This document shows positions 11,486-25,229 of a stretch of 64,000 nucleotides of DNA, piece after piece (position 1 is the first letter of the stretch; every line of letters starts with the position of its first letter). Below the pieces are notes generated by a model, which was not told the origin of the DNA, ran no database searches, and saw only the letters and a list, made by a program, of their open reading frames with translations. The position numbers and the translations under genes were made by a program. Source of the stretch: Atractiella rhizophila (Eukaryota); NCBI GenBank assembly GCA_021432655.1, contig MU271196.1, positions 62,001 to 126,000 on the forward strand, given 5' to 3'.

Positions 11486-14400
11486 TCAATCATCGTATTC
11501 CTCGGGTACGAGGGAATGAAGTTCAATAATGAACTCGTTGAAGACCCGCCTATTGATAGCGCTCGCACCCAAACCAGCGCTGAGTGGAGGGTTGTCTGGA
11601 GAACTCGAAGAGGGCTCTATGCCACACATGAGCGATAGAAGGTTTTTGTAATCCTCGAAAGAGTAATCCAGACGCCCGGATTTAATGGTTTCAATCATGC
11701 CCTGCACAACAACTTAGCAGAGGCAGGATGGAAGCAAAGTGCAGCGAACCTTTGGCCCCTTGGAGAAGAGATCCCAAAACCGACGACTCCGCTCCATGTC
11801 CCCTTGAGCGTCGGCATTGTATGTGCCAAGGTTTTTTAGATTTTGTTGTAAAGATAATATGCTTCTGATCATTTTAACAGCTCCTTCGTTGTTCATGGCT
11901 CTGAACCCCCGAACGCAGGAAACCAACAACTGGTCGACGAATTTAGACAGGCCCGAGAATACGAATCTAAGCGCAGATCAGTTATGCGTCACACGGGTGC
12001 CGGATAACCCACCGTTGTTCATCTTCCTTTAGTGTAAGAGCAAGAGCATCGTCAAATTTGACGAGGAAGTTGTTAAGGTCCATGACGTAGGAATCGGGCT
12101 CGGACATGTTCTGCTCAAGGACATAATTTCCCTATCCAGCGATCAGACGACGTGACATGTTAGGAGTGGCTGAGGTTCACCTCTTGTAGGTGATCAAGGT
12201 AGAACATAGTCTCTACGCGCAGTTCCAGTCTCAAGGTCATCAGGATGCCGTCGCATAGTTGCTCATAAGTCTTGACCAGCCCGTCAAAGCGCCTAAAGCA
12301 AGAGAATGAGGCCTTAACACGGCGCTGGTCTAAACTTACGTCGACATATCCTTCGTCATTGGGAGGCCCACAGCGCCATTCTCAGCCTGCTCTTGTTGTT
12401 TCCTAAAGAGTTCGGCTAGGGGAGCGGAAGGAGAGGATGGGTCATCGGATTTGAGGGAGATGATGTGACTGAAAAAGAGACGCTGTAATCATTGCTCTCA
12501 GCTGTGGATCAGCTTGAGGGGACAAATCTGACCAGACTAGAGTAAAGTGTCCCCAGTGCCGTGAGCTTTTTGAAAGAGGAGATGAGTTCTTCTGGAGATA
12601 TGTACTTGTCGCCTTTCACTTTGAGCTCAAGTTGTGTTTCCTCAATAGATGCGTTTCGATAGGCCATCGAGTTCGGATTACTCTAATATGAAGTGAGCAA
12701 TGGATTGTGCGTCCACAGTAGGAAGACTCACCGCCGCGTCCTTGAGCTTCATGAGGGCACCAGCAATGCCCGCTTGTTGAGCAAGCTGTGCCGAGTATTT
12801 GTACGGGCTCTCTTGATCTCGCGACGACGTCTCGCCAACTTCCTTAAAAGTAAGATCTGGATAAAATGTTTCTCAAAACGTGCCCCGTCGACTCAGCCTG
12901 GAGGAGACAAACCTTTGAATCGTTCACTACACTTCTGGTAGAACTGAATGACAACACCAAAAATCAGTCGTCCGTAGTGTTCCCGATGGAAAGGTGTGCT
13001 CTGCAACATCGTACACAGCGAATCGATCAAGTTGATTAGGCTCGAGACGGACTGTTCCCGATCGAAGCATATTCATCACCCCATTCACGGCCAACAATGA
13101 GAGGGAGCAGACCTTGAAAACGGGCACGGGGGACAGATTTCGCCAATTCGGATCCTCTTGAAACGCATCCAATCCCCCAACAGCTTGATGAAAAACATTC
13201 GTAACCTTCTCCTCCAACTGCGGCAGAAAAGTATTCAGGACGAATTCGTCCATGAATCCTTCAAAGCCGCGATCCTCATCTCCCAGCAACCCACCAGGCA
13301 TTATATCCTTCACGCGTTCTAGGAACGAGAGCGTAGGAGCGAAGAGAACGGAGATGTTGAACGCGTCTGCCTTCACCAGGATTTTGTGACTTCCGGATCC
13401 CGCCGTCGAGCCAGTGGTAGCACTAAAGCGGTCGTCCGTTATCATGCTGGAGATTATGACATTTGAGGAAATCGACGTCGTATTCTCTGTTGCCGCAGAG
13501 ACGAGACCTGGAACTGCAGCCTTTAACGCGCGGTTCATCTCTTCTTCATGATCCTTGAGCACCCTGGAGGAAGTTTTGAAATCCGAATCTGAGAATCTGA
13601 ACAGCGGCTATATCCAAAACATTGATCAACATTCTCTCTCCCCTGTCGCGAGGCGGCAAGGCTTACCTTGGACTTGTCCCTATTAAATCTCCCCTCTCTC
13701 AGAATCTCGCTGATCGAGGTCAACGGGTTCCGCAATGAAGTAGCCGTTCCCTCATCGTCTGTGAGATAATCATTGAGCAAGGTCCTAACCTCCTGCTGCA
13801 CCGGTTTCCAGACCTCATTCAGACTGAGCAAGCTCCCCACTCTTGCACCAGATTCCCTAAACTCCTTCCTCTCCGTAATCCTCGCTGCCACCTCATACGC
13901 GACTCTAAATCCCTGCAGGACCGCATCAAGTTTTGAGTAAGTCGTCCAGAACAGATCCCTCAATATCTCATTGTCCTTCTCGACGGATGAGGAGCCGTCC
14001 TTCTCTTTGCTGAAGAACTCTCTTGGAAGACCAGGAGCAGAGGCGGGTGGATTGGAATAGATAGATGAGACGCTGGCGATAGAGCCGCGGTCGCGTGTTT
14101 GCAGGGAGAGGCGGGAGGAAAGAACGGAGGAACGGTGGGCGTGCTGTGAGGAGGAAGGGAGGCTGACGGCGAAGGAAAATCGGCGATTGGCTTCATTGCT
14201 GTGTCCAGCGATGACCAATCCATCAGTTTTCTCCGTACCTATTTCACGAGGGAAGGAGGAGGACTAACCGCTCATGCACCTCCTCCACCGTCCCTTGTAC
14301 CAAGGCATAAAGCTCGCTTGATATTCTCTGCAAGATGGCATCGAGTCCAACTCCCAATTTACCCAAACAAGCCAAACTTTCCAACAGTCCTTCGATGTAA

Positions 14401-16275
14401 GAAAAACTGTCGCTCTCCGGGTTCTTTTTCTCTCCCTTCTCCTCTCCAGCAAGATTCAAATTACTCAAGCTCTGCCCGATTCCTGCTCCCATTCCAGGTA
14501 GAGGAGAGGGAGGCGCCTCCAATTCTTCTGCTCCACCAGCCACAGCCGAGGAGTCTGGACCAGCTAAGGATAAGTCTTCCGCAAATTCATCGAGCAATGG
14601 ATCGTGTGAAGCTTTCGAAGAGAGGGAGGCGAGGAAGCGGTCTAGTTTCTTCCCCTTCTTTCCCTCCAACTCCAACACCGACACATTCGACAATCCCGCT
14701 CCACTTCCTCCCGCCATTGCTGCCGCTCCTCCCACCATGACATTCCTCTCTCCCCAACTGCTTTTCCCCATGTTCTCGTCCTCCTCTCCAAACTCCACCT
14801 CTGGCAACTTCAGTTGTCCTCTAGTATAAGCCCTCCACCTGGCTTCGCAATAGTAGGATTTGAGATAAAGGTGATTATGTAGTTCCTCTAACAAGATATC
14901 CAACAATTGTCCTTCTTGCGATTTCAGGTACGATCTTAACTCTGTGAGCGCGCCAATTTCGAGCATTTCGGACTTGTTGATCGTCCGTAGAGAGCGTACG
15001 AGGAGGACAACAGCTTGTAAGAAGCGTTTTTCGGACATGAGAGATTCGAGGCGATCCGGAACAGATTTGAGTCTATCACTAAGAGCCATACACACAAATT
15101 GATTGAATGCCATATTCCCATTGCAGAATAATAAAGTGATTTTGGGGAGAGGAGAGAGCGTACATTGTGTCGAGGATGCGTTCCATCTCTCCAAACTCCT
15201 TCAACTTCCCCCACATCATCCTCAACTCGCTTCCCGTCGCTGAGTTCCCAACAAACTGCTTCACGCCCTCTCCGCCGCCTCCGACGCCAACGACCATTTC
15301 TCTAACTTCGCTTAAATTCCTCTTGAGGTCTAATATCTGCTTTTGTGCGGAACCGAGGGAAGAGAGGAGGGATGAATGCGTGTTGAGACTTGAGAGGAGG
15401 GGACGATAGGTTGGATCGAGGGTGCGTGAGACGGCTGTGTTTAGAGACGAGAGAAGAGTATTGAATGTCTTCAGCTCCTTCGATGTCGTCGCCCCACCCC
15501 CTCCGTCTTCAGCGTCTCCGCCTTCTTTCTCCAACAACGAAAGCGCGATTTGAACGGGATTGAACAATCCATCCTCCTCTTCCTCCCCATCACCTCTCAC
15601 CCCGCCGACGAACAGTCCTGGAAAGCCGACCTTTGCTCGCCGTAGCGTCTCCGCTAGCTCCCTAAACACAGGAGTGTCCGGATAATCCTTCCCTGCTTTC
15701 ATCCCACCGTCTCCACCGCCCAGACCCATCGTGGTAGCTTTCGAAGGACGGCGCTTGAGAGAGGGAACAGCTGGTTCATCCCCTTTGATGCTACGCGCAT
15801 ATGTACCCGTCGTGAAAGCGGTCCCATTGGTACCAGTAGAGCTTCCCGTTCCTTGCCTCTTCCTTCCCGTCCGTCCACCACCAACGTTGCTGCTCTTCGT
15901 GAAAGCAGCGATAGATTTCGATGCAAGATACAGCTCCTGATCCTTCTTCATCGGATCAGAAAGAATAGATGTCGGACTTGTGACTTGAGTCTGGGACGAA
16001 GAGCCGAAGGAGATAGTTTCACCCTCACCCTCATTATCGAAGTAATCCGCCTCGTCGTGCACGCTCTCCCTCCCCCCGCTTCCATACCCATTCTCCACGC
16101 CTCCCAAACGCTTCAGCAGCTGCGTACTCTTGTTCATCGGTCCCGGAGAGGACCTGCCTGAGGGATTTCCATTCCTTGCTGGAGAGGCACGACCTGTCCC
16201 CGGACCCGTTGGTAACCGAAGATCTTGGGATGGCGGGCGACGGGCGGAGGCGTAGGGGAGCTGGGTGCGCGACAT
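11486..16275 (-). CDS. SEC8: Exocyst complex component Sec8
   Basis: VPDRLESLMSEKRFLQAVVLLVRSL, LLEELHNHLYLKS, NPESDSFSYIEGLLESLACLGKL, FLPQLEEKV, and C-terminal YSFEDYKNLL; multi-exon. Confidence 0.95.
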
Positions 16276-16364
16276 CTTGCCTTGTTGTGGGTGTAGGAAG
16301 GATACAAGTGCAAGAGCGTTGTCGCTTCATCTATCGTCGAGCGGAGGGATTACTTCGGGGCCGC

Positions 16365-19002
16365 ATGTTCCGATCGCGACAACAACCATGCAGTCCACCC
16401 CGACAAGGACACAGCTCACAGACTGGCTCACACACTCAGTGCCTGTGCCCCAATCAGACCGCCAGCACCAGCAGTGATTCAGCGCCAAAGCCAGACCGCT
16501 TGTCGCACAACCAAGAGGCGAAAGACCTTTTCGAAGGACTAGTCCTCATTGAATTAAAGAATTTGGTCGATATATTTTTTAGGACGGCGCAAATTCGCGA
16601 AAGATACCAGTATTTGCGACCTACAAACGAGGATGCACTTGAATTTGTGAAAATTCTGCGTGCAAATTCGGAAAGTAAAGAGGCAAATATGGCGCCGTGG
16701 TGAGTTTCCTTGTTTTCTAGTTTATGCATCTTGAATTGAGACATTGCTAGAACGAAGCATCGCTTGCAGTTAGAATCAACAAAAGGGACATCATTTTCGA
16801 CCTGGCGAGAGACTTGGGATTCAAGCCAAGATTTGTGCCCGTCCCGACTTTCGTTGTCACGAATATACTGAATTGGTGGCAGTAAAGAAGGAGAGGTCAC
16901 GGATTACCCAATGTTGAAGAGTTACATCGAAACGACGACTGACGACGAAGACGCCTTCTCCCGTTCGATTGTTGGATTCAGACAGCAGTCCCATCACCTA
17001 CTGTCGGCTCTGAAAAATTGGTCGCAGAATACTCAGCGCCTGATACGACCCTTTTCCTATCTGTACGGCTGGAAACGTTTCGACTCGCGGTCGCCACACC
17101 CAACCACCTCTTATTCACTTCCGTTCTGGACCTTCTCACCAAAGATGCGCCAGCGCCATCGTCAGATGCAGAGCTGACGGTGGCACACGTATCTGAACAT
17201 GCGAAAACCTACATTTGGCTTCTCAGGGCTATAACGACGATGACACCTGAGGATTTGGGACTCTTAAGGCAATTTCGTATGGAGGATGGAGCTTTATGGA
17301 TGGATCTTCCACTGGAAGCAGCTAGAATCGCCGAGGGAATCGCTGGCGAACAAGGGAGGGATGAGACTAGGGTAGGAGGCGATGGCGTTAAGCATGTTGG
17401 AGAAGTAAGTAAGGTGACGAACAATGGCATCGGAAATGCCGAAGCGGAAAGTCGTAGCGCAGTTAGCAGTGTAGAGCTAGACGGAAGGGCTGGACGAAAG
17501 GAGCGGGGTGACTGTGTGGAGACTGCTCTGAAAAAACATTGGGTGAAGGTAACTCAAATCCCATACCGAGAGTGCAAAGCGTTTGGACGACATCCTAGAT
17601 ACTACAGTTAGGTGGACGGCAACGAAACATGCTTCCTCAAAACAGCTCATTCCTACGACATTCCCAACCGATAATCTGAATCCGAGACTTACGCCGTGTT
17701 GAAGGCAAAGGGGTCTCAAACCTTCCTATTGTCGACCACACTACGCGCGGTCCAGAGAACAAAATCGATTTGAGCCTTCTTCGCAAGCTTCCATGAGGAG
17801 AAGAAAGTTAAGTTTATAGAGAAGATTGAGGAAGAGATTGTTACTGCGAAGGCGAATTCGGAGAAAGCGAAGGCGAGGAAAGCGAGAAGAGGAGGTAGGA
17901 CGAATCAGGACCAGGGTCGTAACCAGTCCGACGAGGCAACGACTGGTGATATGGTTGACTTGGACGATGATGATATTCTCGATAATTTCTGGAGGAGACT
18001 GTTGCGACCTCAGACGTATGAAGAGATCTACTTCCGCAAAATGTATGACCAACTGCAGACCGTCATGAACGAGTGGGAGCTGGTCCAGGTCTTGCGTGAC
18101 GCGATTGAATGTGAGCCTTCTCACCGATCTTTACCCACAACTAATTCGTTTTCAGGTTATTATGACGCATATACGAAGGTAGGACTGCTTCATAGGGACA
18201 TTAGCGAAAACAATATCTGGATTGAGCGCTTGCCAACCGATATTCGGGGAATGCTGGGTGATTGGAAGTGTGCCATCGAATTAGCCGCTTTGTCGACTGA
18301 GCGATTGCAGACCGTACGTTCATTGTCGCAATCGACATGTATCTGATTTCAGGGGTAGGGTACCCGACGATTTATGTCCTTTTATTTACGAGAGGTACAA
18401 TACCGTAAGCACAATTGTTTAGACGATTGTGAATCCTTCTTCTGGGTTCTTCTCTATAACCTTTTACGCTTCATTCCCCTCACGAGCAGACTCGATTCGG
18501 GGACACCGTTGCAAGGATATTCGACGGCGATGCAACCAAAAAATACTTATATTTTATCCAACCGCAGCGCTTCAACTACTCTCATCTTCAACATAGTCCC
18601 ATCGCGTCCTTCATCGACGAACTGAAAGGTATTTTCAAAGAGCGGTACAACTTCTACAACGAGCAGCTAGCTGCTGTAGCCGATGCAACAGACAATGAGG
18701 CTCTGATGGCGGCCACCATGCCTTGGGACGAGAGGGAAGGTCTCTGTGGTCTGACGAGGTTCAAGACAGCTTTCGATGACCTCGTAGCAGAGAAAAGGTG
18801 GAAAGGTGCTAAGAGCCACTTTGTGAACATGACTAGGTTCAACAATTTCGAGCCTATTCCCAGTCTACGCCCGCGACTCGTACTCAGACCAAAAGTGTTT
18901 CTACTTCTATGTCTAAGAGGAGGGCAGATCGACAGACAGGAGGGTCTAGGAAGAAGCAGAAGTGGAATTAGCGATAGTGTTAGACGAATTTGGTCGCATT
19001 GA
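16365..19002 (+). pseudogene. Fungal-type protein kinase (FunK1 family), multiply frameshifted
   Basis: ELVQVLRDAIE, GLLHRDISENNI, GMLGDW, GTRRFMS, HNCLDDCESFFWVLLY; coding frame switches at about 16850, 17700-17820 and 18495 without usable splice sites. Confidence 0.75.
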
Positions 19003-19481
19003 GGATCGATATGTATCGATTGATATGTATCTATGATGTCTGAGAATGATGTGATAACAGTAATGCCATTAAACATTTGTGAAGGTCGATGGAGTCGTAT
19101 CGGTGGGATATTTCCAGAGAATCTGGTAGTAGCCAACCAGTATAATGTGAACAACTGACAATAATAAATCGAATACGCATCAATTCAGTACCAGTTCAAG
19201 CTCACGATATAATACACAACAGGACTCAAAATACTAGATCATCCTTGCATCAGCACTGAAAGAGCTCGGAAGACGGAGAGCTGGTCAACACTGGCATGAA
19301 TATGATGAGAGAGCAAACATCAACAATGCCTTTGGCGAGTATCAATGAGTAACGGCAATAGCGCAAACGTCGGGATGAACAGACTATGAACAGAATCATG
19401 AACATCCTCCCCTAGCTTACGAGTGTTAGATGAGTACGGACCAGTATTGTGTGATATTCCGACAATCTAAACCTTTTCTCG

Positions 19482-21921
19482 TCATTTTTCCCGCTTTGGT
19501 CCTCTATCAAAAACTGTCTCCCATTCACCAAAGAGCTTTGTGAAGGAATCAGCAACTCTGGTTGTTCTAAGAACTCCTTCAACCTTGGCGTATACGTGGC
19601 TGGACAAGGATTTTCCTGAGCGATGATTCATCAACGTCAATCTAGTGAGAGACGAACATGCAGTTTTCCAAGTTTGAGATAATTTAACCAACCAAGACAG
19701 GAAAGAGCGACATTGTAATTCGACGCTAAAAGAGGATTCCCCCTCCTTTTCACCTCCGTTCATTTCCTTCAACCTTTTAATCATCATCTCGCGTGCCAGA
19801 ATCCGAAATGCCAGAGCAAAGCTGCCAATGCAGAAATTGTTGTCGGTAAACCTGGTTGAGTCGAAATTCTCTTTAAAAGTATTCATCTGGGCGAAAATGT
19901 TTTGGGCGGATCGATAGGAGGATAGCATGGACACGTCCCCTGAATCGAAGGAGTAGAAAGGGGAATGCAGAACAATTATTATGCTGAGAGAAGACAGACT
20001 TAGCTTCGACTCTTGGTAGGCTGTGAAACGTACGCACGTATTCAGCAAAGTGTACGACAAAAAGTAATATTGTTTCTGTCGTCGTTCTTCAGGAGTAAGG
20101 TCTCTTGCTAACGAACACAACTCTAGGTATTGACGTGGGAAAGCGTCGAGATAAGTCATGAGTAAATCGTGATGCTTTTTGAAATCTGCACTATCTCAGG
20201 GCACAGCGATCAGCCCTCACCTTTGTCTCACTGAAGCAGAAGATAGCTTACGCTTCTCGATCTAGCAAACAGATATCATTCCCTGTGGAATGACATTAAG
20301 TCGTGTACTTCGATGGTAGAAGGCTTACTCCTCATAAAACGCATAATGCGTTCTCCAAGGATGGACACTTTAAAATACAGTTGGAGGGGTTCATGATCCG
20401 AGAGGTTCTTAGTGATCTGAAGAAATTCCGGATGGCGAAGGTCTCGTTTGCTTTCCCATGCTGCATCTGGCGAACTCGAAGGCAACGGAACGAATATGTC
20501 CTCAAGTGCGAGAGTCGGCGAAATATTAGTGAGAATGGAGCCGAATTGTTCCATAGATACAACGATCCAAAAGAATATTTCACTGGGTTCGTCAGCACAT
20601 TAATCGTAATTGATTTTGGAGGAGCACACCTTTCGAATTGGCTGCGCTGACGCTCGACCACATCTTCTGCCAGATTCAAAGTGAGACTAGGAGGCCCCGG
20701 TCTATTTAGCCCAAGCAAGATACATGTTCTCATCGTCATCGCGGTCCACATTGGGAGACGTGGCCATTGACCATCCGCATGGCTGATACTCAGTTGGTTT
20801 GCATTCTACAAGAAGAATGGAATAGGAATACTTACAAGAACATCGTCATACAAAACATAGCTTTTGCCATAGTGATAAGCTCTTCGTCACTGTCAGACAT
20901 GAGTTCTTGGATGCCGAGGACTGCTGGAACTATCTGAGATAAGTGGTGTTCCACTATGGCTTCCTTTCGCGAAACATCTGGCTTCTCTTGCCAAAAGACG
21001 CCTGAATGGCAATGCGAAAGAATTTTGTCAAGGTACTCATCGGTGAGACCATAAGCTCCAATCAAGCACAAGGCATGGATAAGGGTTAAAAACGATCGAC
21101 TTCCTTTCCCACCGTATTGCAATGCAAACATTAATTTGGGAAAGAAGAGGAATTCGGCGACGATGGTGCACTTTTCGTAAGCTGCCATGATTAGCCATCC
21201 TGTGACATTTCTAGGCGGCAAGCTCTTTGGCCAAAGCGAAGGTGGAGAAAGATCTTGAAGGAGCGTAGACTCGTCGGCATGACCGTGAGAGCTCGCCGCA
21301 ACGTTAATGGAAGTGGAAATTAAATCTGCGCCGCCAAATTTTCTTTAAACATGATAATCCCATTTGGATAAGAATTGGCCTGCACCTTTAGCCATTATGT
21401 CTCCATTAGTGTTGCCATCCCGTCGCCTCTTTCTACTTTGGGTCTGATAATTTGCTGTTTCTTCTGCCGGAATTTGAGAAAGTTGAACCTTTGAGCCTGC
21501 ATCTGAGAGAATGTGAACGGAGGTGCCATCATTACTTTTACGCTCAGCCTGCAGATACTTCGGTTTGACCGCCGGAGTTAGGTTGTACACGCAAACCTGA
21601 GCGACGCTGGACCCTCTTCGAGCCGACTGAGAGCGTTTACAAGCTGCACCTGACACTTTCTTGAGACTCATTCCGTTATGGTAAAAAGGGACGCACAAGG
21701 GAGCCCTCCTGTTTGCGAACAGTCACCCAGGCTTGTGAAGACTGGCAGTCAGAGCAGACGCACCCTCACATCGAACCTTGCGAATTCGGCATGCTAGAAC
21801 AACAATTTAGTAGAGTATAACGATGTCGAAATTTCTTAGGAAATGTACGATCACAAGCCTCGTATTTCAAAGTTGTCTTACTAGGAATTGGCGAAGGCTT
21901 TGCTGTTGTGTCTCCCATCAT
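19482..21921 (-). CDS. Zn(II)2Cys6 transcription factor, tandem copy 1
   Basis: Splicing of exons ending 21849, 21764-21793, 21697-21708 and starting 21649 gives ACDPCRIRKVRCEGGLPCAACKRSQ...VCVY; the remainder is collinear with copy 2. Confidence 0.85.
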
Positions 21922-22574
21922 TCGAATGCTGATTACATCTACAACTTTTTCTCGACCATTCGATTCGATTGCCACAGTCACGTAAGCGACAGAGAGGAGG
22001 AAAGAAAGCTGGGAGCCATTTGAGGTTCGGCCACGCGCCGCCGCGTCAGTCCGAACCGGCCCAACCGAGGTGCAAAATATGAGCAAGCGACACGGGCATA
22101 ACAGAAACAAATCTTGAATCTTGGGAGGGGAGCAGAAGGAAATTAAAGTCAACCCTATCGATGGGAGACGCTTTCAGTATTCCACGTATAAATTACTGCA
22201 GGACAGCTCACCAAAATTAACTGTCCTGGATTAATGAACGATGCAGACTTCTTCTTCAACTGCTCATGGAGCACCTGAAGGATCAGGGCAGATGCTGATT
22301 GTACATAGAGTGCCTTTCTAGCTTTCCAACTGATGTAGAACGAGGAATCGTACTTGCAGTGGTGAACAATATCATTAAGAAACACAAATGCCACAGATGT
22401 TCGGACCAGTAGACTATTGCCAGGTCAGCGATATGCTCATTTAATTTTCAGAAATTACGAACTGTTATTTCCCAGGTTGGACGATCCCTCACATCAGACT
22501 CTACGACTTATTCTTGCAACACTACCCTGTTTTCTTTGGTTAAGCAGGTTTTCGAAGGGATCAGAAGGCGAGGG

Positions 22575-24942
22575 TCATTTAAGAATTCTAGCAGTCTCGG
22601 AGTATATGAAGCTATAAATTGATCAGCCATCAATACTGAAGACAATGACGAAAGACCTGCCAGCTGTTTCCCAAGTCCGAGATAACTTGGCCATCCAATG
22701 TAGGAATTTCCTGCATTGGAGCTCTATGCTGAATGAAGAGTCCCCCAAGCTTTCGTCTGCTTTCAGCTCCGCAGACTGTTTAATCATCATCTCGCGTATC
22801 AGAATGCGGCATGCCAAAGCGAAACTACCAATGCAGAAGTTGTTGTCAGCGAATCTTGTCGAATCGTAGTTCTCTTTAAGATTATCCATCTGAGCAAAGA
22901 TGTTTTTGGCACATCGATATGAAGATACCATCGATAGATCAGTTGGGTCGAAGGAGAAAGAGCCAGAATGAAGAATTATCATCAGGCTGGGGTCCGAATA
23001 TTCAGAGTATCTACTTCAGACAAAGGAGGACGAACGTGTTTAGTAAAGTGTATGCCATGAAGTAATATTGTTTTTCTCGTCGTTCCTCCAACGTAAGATC
23101 TTTTTGCATGGAAGATAAGTCGATATATCGACGCGGAAAATGCTCGATATAATCTCTTAGAAGTTTGTGGTGGTTTTTGAACTCGGCGCTGTTGTCGCCT
23201 CCTTGTCAGCTTGCCATGATTTACTTAAGCTACATGTAACCCACCTTTCTCGATTAAGCGGAGAGCTCTCATGTCCTGCCATATCGTAAGCTAGTGATAG
23301 TAAAGAGAACGAAGAGACATACTCCTCATGAAGCGTACGATGACCTCTCCAAGTAAGGCCACCTTGAAGTATAGCTGATGAGCCTCATAATTTAACAGAC
23401 CCCTTCTTGTGACCTGAAAAAACTGGGGATGGCGGATGTCTAGCTTGCTTTCGAATGCCGCCATCGAGGAGCTTGAAGGTAGCGAGGCTACAATGTCCTC
23501 TAATGCCAGGGATGGTGGCGTGTTTGTTAAAGCTGAGCAGTATTGTTCCGTAGAAACAGCGTGCCAGAAGAGCATCTCCCTACCCCACAATGTTGCATTG
23601 ATTTAGGAGGTACTTATAAGAACAGGTGCGTACCTTTCACGTTCATCGTCTGATGGGATAGAATCCTCTGACACATTCAGCGCTCCTAAGGCTCGCCGAT
23701 GGGTTTTGTTCAGGCCAAGCAAGACGCATATTCTGACCGTCATCGAGTTCCATATTGGCAGACTAGGCCATTGGCCATCTACATGACTGAAAGGAGTCAT
23801 CAGCTTCGATTGTCACGAGAAGGGAACCATGCACAAGAACATTGTCATGCACAGCATTGCTTTAACAAGGTGGATCAGTTGCTCTTCATCATCTAAAGTC
23901 GATTCTTCCATGCCAAATACAGCTGGCGTTATGTGCGACGTGTGGTATTTGATTACAGCTCTCTTCCGCGAGTCATCTGAATCCTCTTGCCAATACGGGG
24001 TTGGACGGCAGCGTGACAGAATTTTGTCCAAGTATTGGTCAGTCAGACCGTAAGCTCCAAGTAAGCAAATGGCGTGGACGAGAGCTATGAATGCTCGACT
24101 TGGTTCGGTGCCGTATTGTAAAGTGATCATGAACTTGGGAAAAGAAACGATATCGGTCAGCAGGGTGCATCTATCGTATGCAGCGAAGATAAGCAATATC
24201 GTCACATCTCTAGGTGGCAGATTGTCTGGCCATGGTGAGAGGGGACGCTGAAGTGCTGAAGGCTCGGACGAATCAAGATGAGCTTGGCTGTTGATGTCTG
24301 TTACTGATCCAGTGGACGTGGAAACGGAGTCTGGCAGTAGGTAATGTTCAGCAGCAACTAACGAAGGAAGAAGCTAACCACCACCAGCAGTTGATACATT
24401 GTGTTCGTCATCATCTCTACTTCGTGATCGCTTTCTACGCTGACCATTCAGTACCGATCCATCTGCGACCTTGGTCGCAATCTCTGCATCCGAAGAGGAG
24501 CTAGACACTGTATTACCGCTCTTCTCGCTCAGCTCGGGCTGACGCGTAGATGTTAGGAAGTATCTCGGCTTCCTCGTTGGGGTCATGTTGTAGGTGCAAA
24601 CTCTCGCGATGGTCGATCCTCTCAAAGCCTTCTGCGACCTCTTGCATGCCGCGCCTATACCCTTTCTTTCATTATAGCCCATGGAGGCAACGAAACGGCG
24701 CGAACAGGGAAATTCTCCTAATCGCGACAAGGTAGTTCATGTCATGTCATGACTGCCTGCTTGCAGTAGAGAGGACGCACCATCGCATCGAACTTTTCGG
24801 ATTCGGCATGCTGAAATTAGAAATTATGTCATCAGAGCTGAAAGACATTTCGGGACCACACACGATCACAAGCTTCATGTTTCGAGGACGGGTCCCTTTT
24901 GCGTTTCGCAGAAGCAGGGTTCGAAGTATCAACTGTGGACAT
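22575..24942 (-). CDS. Zn(II)2Cys6 transcription factor, tandem copy 2
   Basis: Exons 24864-24942, 24781-24810, 24706-24717 and from 24654 give ACDPCRIRKVRCDGEFPCAACKRSQ...VCTY; shares e.g. DNNFCIGSFALA with copy 1. Confidence 0.85.
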
Positions 24943-25229
24943 GGTCGTAATACAGTGGCCGCAAGTCTTCAGCGATTTAGTGATCTGTGGCTGAGCGGGA
25001 AAATTCAAAGCTGGAAAACATAAGAGGTTTCAGTGCTTCAGCGCTGACAAATCAAACTTCCCGCTCCAGTCCGCCCCGAGGCGTCAAACATGAGCAAGCA
25101 GAGAGGAGTCTCCGCAGGGAGAAATGGAAGCATTTACGACACCTAGCACGCAACCTCTACGGCAAAGTCAATGAGCTGACCATCCGTGATTGCAGAGAAT
25201 TAGAAGCGAATGACCAAGAAAGACCCAAT

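Noticed and set aside
21600..24730. Non-canonical Cys spacing in the Zn clusters as read from the ORF track
   Set aside because: Removing the 47-nt and 51-nt introns restores the canonical PCAAC.
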